Of a DNA stretch of 29,933 nucleotides, positions 26,385-29,933 are shown piece by piece (the stretch's first letter is position 1; each line of letters opens with the position of its first letter). The translations under genes were made by a program, and so were the position numbers. Source of the DNA: Vulcanimicrobiota bacterium (GTDB lineage: Bacteria > Vulcanimicrobiota > Vulcanimicrobiia > Vulcanimicrobiales > Vulcanimicrobiaceae); assembly GCA_003135555.1 (NCBI GenBank), contig PLCF01000035.1, positions 1-29,933 on the forward strand, read 5' to 3'. A model generated the notes under the pieces. The model had not been told where the DNA came from. It did not search any database and saw only the letters and a list, made by a program, of their open reading frames with translations.

Positions 26385-28158
26385 TCCGAACACTGCGCGC
26401 GTTTCATGCGGAGCCCTGACCGCCTCCGACGCGGGCCGCCGAGTCGAGCTCGACGGCTGGGTACACCGCCGGCGCGATCACGGCGGGTTGATCTTCATCG
26501 ACGTGCGCGACCGCAGCGGGATTACGCAGGTCATCTTCGACCCATCGCTGGGTGAGGTGTTCGGGCAAGCCGAGACGCTGCGCAGTGAGGACGTCATTCG
26601 CGTGTGCGGGGTCGTGCGCAGCCGGCCGGCCGGGACCGAGAATGCGAAGCTCGCGACGGGGCAGGTCGAAGTTCCGGCCGCCGAGCTCGAGATTCTCAAT
26701 CGTTCCGAGACGCCGCCGTTCGTCATCGCGGCCGAGGAGGAGCCGGCCGAGGAGGTGCGCCTGCGCTACCGGTACCTCGACTTGCGCCGCCCGCGCATGC
26801 AGCGCAACCTGACCGTCCGCCATCGCATCCTCAAGGCGTTTCGCGACTACTTCGACGACCACGGTTTTCTCGAGGTGGAGACGCCGAACCTCATCAAGTC
26901 GACGCCGGAGGGCGCGCGCGACTACCTCGTCCCTTCGCGCCTGCACCCCGGTTCGTTCTACGCGCTTCCGCAGTCGCCGCAGATCCTCAAGCAGCTACTC
27001 ATGATCGGCGGTCTCGGGCGCTACATGCAGATCGTGCGCTGTTTCCGCGACGAGGATTCGCGCTCCGACCGCCAGCCCGAGTTCACCCAGGCCGACGTCG
27101 AGATGACCTTTGTCTCGCAAGACGAGGTGCTGGCGATGATGGAAGGTTCGATCCGCTACGTGTGGGAGCACGCGCTGGGCCAGACGATCCCCGACCCGCT
27201 GCCGCGTTTGACGTACGCCGAGGCGATGCGGCGCTTTGGTTCCGACAAACCGGACCTGCGCTTCGAGCTCGAGCTGGTCGACGTCGCCGACGCATTCCGG
27301 GGCGGCGCGTTCGGACTGTTCGCCGGACTTGCAGAGAGCGAGGCGAACCGCGTGATCGCGCTGCGCTGGCCGGGCGGAGCGGCCCTGTCACGCCGCGACT
27401 TCGACGCGGTCACCGAGCTGGCGAAGACGTTCGGCGCGAAGGGCCTCGCCTACGTCTCGTTCGCACCCGACGGCATCAAGGGCTCGATCGCGCGCTTCGT
27501 CGACGAACCGCTGGCGGCCCAGTTGCGCGAACGTTGCGGTGCGCAGGACGGCGATGCGATCCTCTTCGTCGGCGACGCCAAGCACGGCGCCTCCGAGGTC
27601 GCCGGGAAGCTGCGACTCGAGATCGGCGAACGCCTGGGGCTGCGCAAGCCCGACGCGTTCGCGTTCTGCTGGGTGCTCGGCTTTCCGCTCTTCGAGCGCG
27701 ACGAGGAAACCGGCGAGATCACGTTCTCGCACCATCCGTTCACCGCACCCGCGCCCGGACAAGAGGCGCTGTTCGACAGCGATCCGCTCGCCATCACCGC
27801 GCAGCACTACGACCTCGTGCTCAACGGCTACGAGCTCGGGAGCGGCTCGATCCGCAACCACACCGTGGAGTTCCAGACCCGCGTCTTCAAGCGCTTGGGC
27901 CTCTCGGACGAGCAGATCGAAGACCGCTTCGGGTTCTTCATGGAGGCGCTGCGCTACGGTGCCCCGCCGCACGGCGGGATGGCGCTGGGCATCGACCGGA
28001 TCGTGATGATCGCCTGCGGCGAGAACAGCCTCCGCGACGTCATCGCCTTCCCCAAGAACCAGACCGCCCGCGACGTCATGATGGACGCGCCGTCAACCGT
28101 CCCGGACCAGGCCCTCAACGATTTGGGCCTGCGAATCGTCGAACCGCCGCCCGCCTAG
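26377..28158 (+). CDS. aspS: Aspartate--tRNA(Asp/Asn) ligase
   Basis: GWVHRRRDHGG, RLRYRYLDLR, STPEGARDY, LPQSPQ, CFRDED..RQPEF, HHPFT and GAPPHGG motifs. Confidence 0.98.
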   Translation: MNDPNTARVSCGALTASDAGRRVELDGWVHRRRDHGGLIFIDVRDRSGITQVIFDPSLGEVFGQAETLRSEDVIRVCGVVRSRPAGTENAKLATGQVEVPAAELEILNRSETPPFVIAAEEEPAEEVRLRYRYLDLRRPRMQRNLTVRHRILKAFRDYFDDHGFLEVETPNLIKSTPEGARDYLVPSRLHPGSFYALPQSPQILKQLLMIGGLGRYMQIVRCFRDEDSRSDRQPEFTQADVEMTFVSQDEVLAMMEGSIRYVWEHALGQTIPDPLPRLTYAEAMRRFGSDKPDLRFELELVDVADAFRGGAFGLFAGLAESEANRVIALRWPGGAALSRRDFDAVTELAKTFGAKGLAYVSFAPDGIKGSIARFVDEPLAAQLRERCGAQDGDAILFVGDAKHGASEVAGKLRLEIGERLGLRKPDAFAFCWVLGFPLFERDEETGEITFSHHPFTAPAPGQEALFDSDPLAITAQHYDLVLNGYELGSGSIRNHTVEFQTRVFKRLGLSDEQIEDRFGFFMEALRYGAPPHGGMALGIDRIVMIACGENSLRDVIAFPKNQTARDVMMDAPSTVPDQALNDLGLRIVEPPPA

Positions 28159-28177
28159 CGCGTCGTTGCCCGCGGCG

Positions 28178-28429
28178 TCATCGCTGGTGCCCGGCGGTGC
28201 GTTGCTCCCGGGGTGCCGCGAGAGAGTCTGTGGCGCGATGGCCGTTGACGTACAGGGCGCCGATCCACGCCACGATGGCAAGCACGATCGCCCCGAAGAC
28301 AATACGCGTAGCCAGGTCGTCGCCGCCGCGGTTCGAGCGCAGAAATCGCTCGCGGTCTGCCTCGATTTCCTTGAGTTGGTCGCGCGGGTCCTGAGCCTGC
28401 CCGGTCGGCCCGGGTGTCAAAAACGCCAC
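28178..28429 (-). CDS. Small single-TM hypothetical protein
   Basis: 83 aa: charged N-terminus followed by one hydrophobic helix (IVFGAIVLAIVAWIGALYV). Confidence 0.6.
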   Translation of the reverse strand: MAFLTPGPTGQAQDPRDQLKEIEADRERFLRSNRGGDDLATRIVFGAIVLAIVAWIGALYVNGHRATDSLAAPREQRTAGHQR

Positions 28430-28493
28430 GCTGGGCGATACCGGCGTGGCGAGGGCGAGTTACGTGCCGATCCGTTTCGGGGCGGCGACTCGT

Positions 28494-28691
28494 TTAGAAG
28501 GGGTGGAAGTCGCGGCGCGTCTCGCGGAAGAGCATTTTCTTGTTGAGCTCGCGCAGCGCATCGATCGACTTCTTGTGCTCGTCGGAACGGCCGTACTTAT
28601 TGGCAGCCCGGAGCGACGCGTCCAAACTCCGCTCGCGGGCGGCGTAGACGAGGAAGGCGCTGAGGTCGCGTTCGTCGATCCGGAAATTCAT
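28494..28691 (-). CDS. Small hypothetical protein
   Basis: 65 aa with ATG start. Lys/Asn/Phe-rich composition unlike the Arg/Ala/Pro-rich shadow ORFs; third positions are mostly G/C. Confidence 0.65.
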   Translation of the reverse strand: MNFRIDERDLSAFLVYAARERSLDASLRAANKYGRSDEHKKSIDALRELNKKMLFRETRRDFHPF

Positions 28692-28809
28692 CGTACGCGG
28701 AATATGCCCAGGTGTCTGAGGGCCTATTCGTGAGCGAAAAGACCTAATCGGCGGCCATCCCTTTGGCGCTGCCGCTCCATTTTGACCGCAGCCCCGGCGG
28801 GAGTCGGCA

Positions 28810-29523
28810 TCACCCTGAGCGAGCGAGCGCTCCCATGTCGGCCAGCTCGCGCGCGCGAGCGAACACCGCGTCGAGCATCGGCTCCGTCAGCACCCCGGTG
28901 TTCGTGTTCTGCCGGCTGGGGTGATACGAGGCCAGCACCGTGACGCCGCTGGCCTGCGGCAAGTCGACTACGCTCTCGGCGAGATGGGCAAAGGGCGCCC
29001 TCGCTCCGCGGTACCCGCCGATCTCCTTGACCAGCGTGGCGACGGTGTCGTCGGCGAGCTTCCCCAACGTCACCACGACGCGAACGCCGGGCAGCGCCGC
29101 GAACTCCTCGCGCAGGTACGGAAAGCAGCGCGCGCGCTGCTCCGGCGTCGGTTTGTTGGCTGGTGGAGCGCACCGGACGGCGGCCGTGATGAAGGCGTCG
29201 CTCAGGCGCAACCCGTCGTCGCGATGTGTCGCGACCGCGGCGCTGGCGAATCCCGCGCGGTAGAGCGCGCGATAGAGCCACTCACCGCTGCCGTCGCCGG
29301 TGAAGACGCGGCCGGTCCGGTTGGAGCCGTGCGCGCCGGGCGCGAGTCCGACCAGCACGACGCGCGCGTTCGGGTCGCCCCAGCCGGGGACGGGTTTGGC
29401 CCAATACTCATGGTCCCGAAACGCCCGTTTCTTCACCCGGCCGACTTGGGCGCAGTACGCGCGCAGCTCGGGGCACCGCCGGCAGGCGACGACACGTTTT
29501 TCGATCGCCTCGAGGCTCGGCAT
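28810..29523 (-). CDS. Uracil-DNA glycosylase family 5 (UdgB-like, 4Fe-4S)
   Basis: ATG 29523 (MPSLEAIE). CRRC...RCAPP..KP...C Fe-S ligands, motif A GLAPGAHGSNRTGRVFTGD and motif B YHPSRQN. Confidence 0.93.
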   Translation of the reverse strand: MPSLEAIEKRVVACRRCPELRAYCAQVGRVKKRAFRDHEYWAKPVPGWGDPNARVVLVGLAPGAHGSNRTGRVFTGDGSGEWLYRALYRAGFASAAVATHRDDGLRLSDAFITAAVRCAPPANKPTPEQRARCFPYLREEFAALPGVRVVVTLGKLADDTVATLVKEIGGYRGARAPFAHLAESVVDLPQASGVTVLASYHPSRQNTNTGVLTEPMLDAVFARARELADMGALARSG

Positions 29524-29607
29524 GCGGAACTGTTTCGCCGGTCGCGCGAACCTGTCCGGTCGCATCCCACGACGGAATCTCCCGCCGCCCGTCGTACTCG
29601 CGAGGGG

Positions 29608-29933
29608 GTGTCCCGGCTCGACGTCCGCTCCATGGCCCTGCTCGCCACCGCCCACGTCGCCGACGATCTCAACCAAAGCTTCGTCCCCGCGCTGCTGCCG
29701 TACCTGATCGTGTGGCGCGGGATCAACCACACCGAGGCCGGGACGCTGGTGCTCGCTCAGGCCATCTCGTCGTCGGTGTTGCAGCCGGTGATCGGCATCA
29801 TCGCCGACCGCCGCTCGATGCCGTGGCTGATCGCGGTCGGCTTGATCCTCGCGGGCAGCGGCGTCGCGCTGGTCGGTTTCATGCCGACGCTGCCGCTGAT
29901 GTGGATCGGCGCGCTGATCAGCGGGATCGGCGT
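29608..29933 (+). CDS. MFS transporter, Fsr-like (5' part, truncated by the window end)
   Basis: Not in the ORF track. Hand translation from GTG 29608: MSRLDVRSMALLATAHVADDLNQSFVPALLPYL...SSVLQPVIGIIADRR, matching the Fsr-type H.xxD and QP..G..D motifs. Confidence 0.88.
   Translation, partial: MSRLDVRSMALLATAHVADDLNQSFVPALLPYLIVWRGINHTEAGTLVLAQAISSSVLQPVIGIIADRRSMPWLIAVGLILAGSGVALVGFMPTLPLMWIGALISGIG

Noticed and set aside
26604..28394. 596-aa alternative-frame ORF overlapping aspS
   Set aside because: Arg/Ala/Pro-rich frame-shifted shadow with no domain signal.
28446..28733. Plus-strand ORFs 28446..28733 and 28166..28546
   Set aside because: They lie antisense to the more protein-like minus-strand ORFs and lack an RBS or motifs.

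Overview
High-GC bacterial chromosomal window, almost fully coding. I found no rRNA, tRNA, CRISPR array, transposase or phage genes. From left to right: (1) a cytochrome P450 divergent from a TetR regulator, small membrane protein and signal-peptide SRPBCC protein, with a 20-bp palindromic operator between them; (2) a large Thr/Gly/Pro-rich lipoprotein; (3) fabF-rnc-smc-purH; (4) two small hypothetical genes and a glyoxalase I-like gene; (5) a tightly coupled run of about 14.6 kb from hisS to aspS that encloses accB, the ADP-heptose genes (gmhA, gmhB, split hldE halves), an LpxB/WaaA-like GT-B enzyme, three GT9 and three GT2 glycosyltransferases, csaA and an Eis-like GNAT; (6) two small minus-strand ORFs, a family-5 uracil-DNA glycosylase and the 5' part of an Fsr-like MFS transporter. 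Firmicute-like synteny combined with LPS-core genes suggests a diderm Terrabacterium, possibly Eremiobacterota/Vulcanimicrobiota (inference only). The most interesting items are the atypical LPS-core cluster with its hybrid GT-B and embedded GNAT/CsaA, a nested REP-like element inside gmhB, and a 20-bp motif shared by two distant intergenic regions. All calls come from motif reading by eye; no database searches were run.
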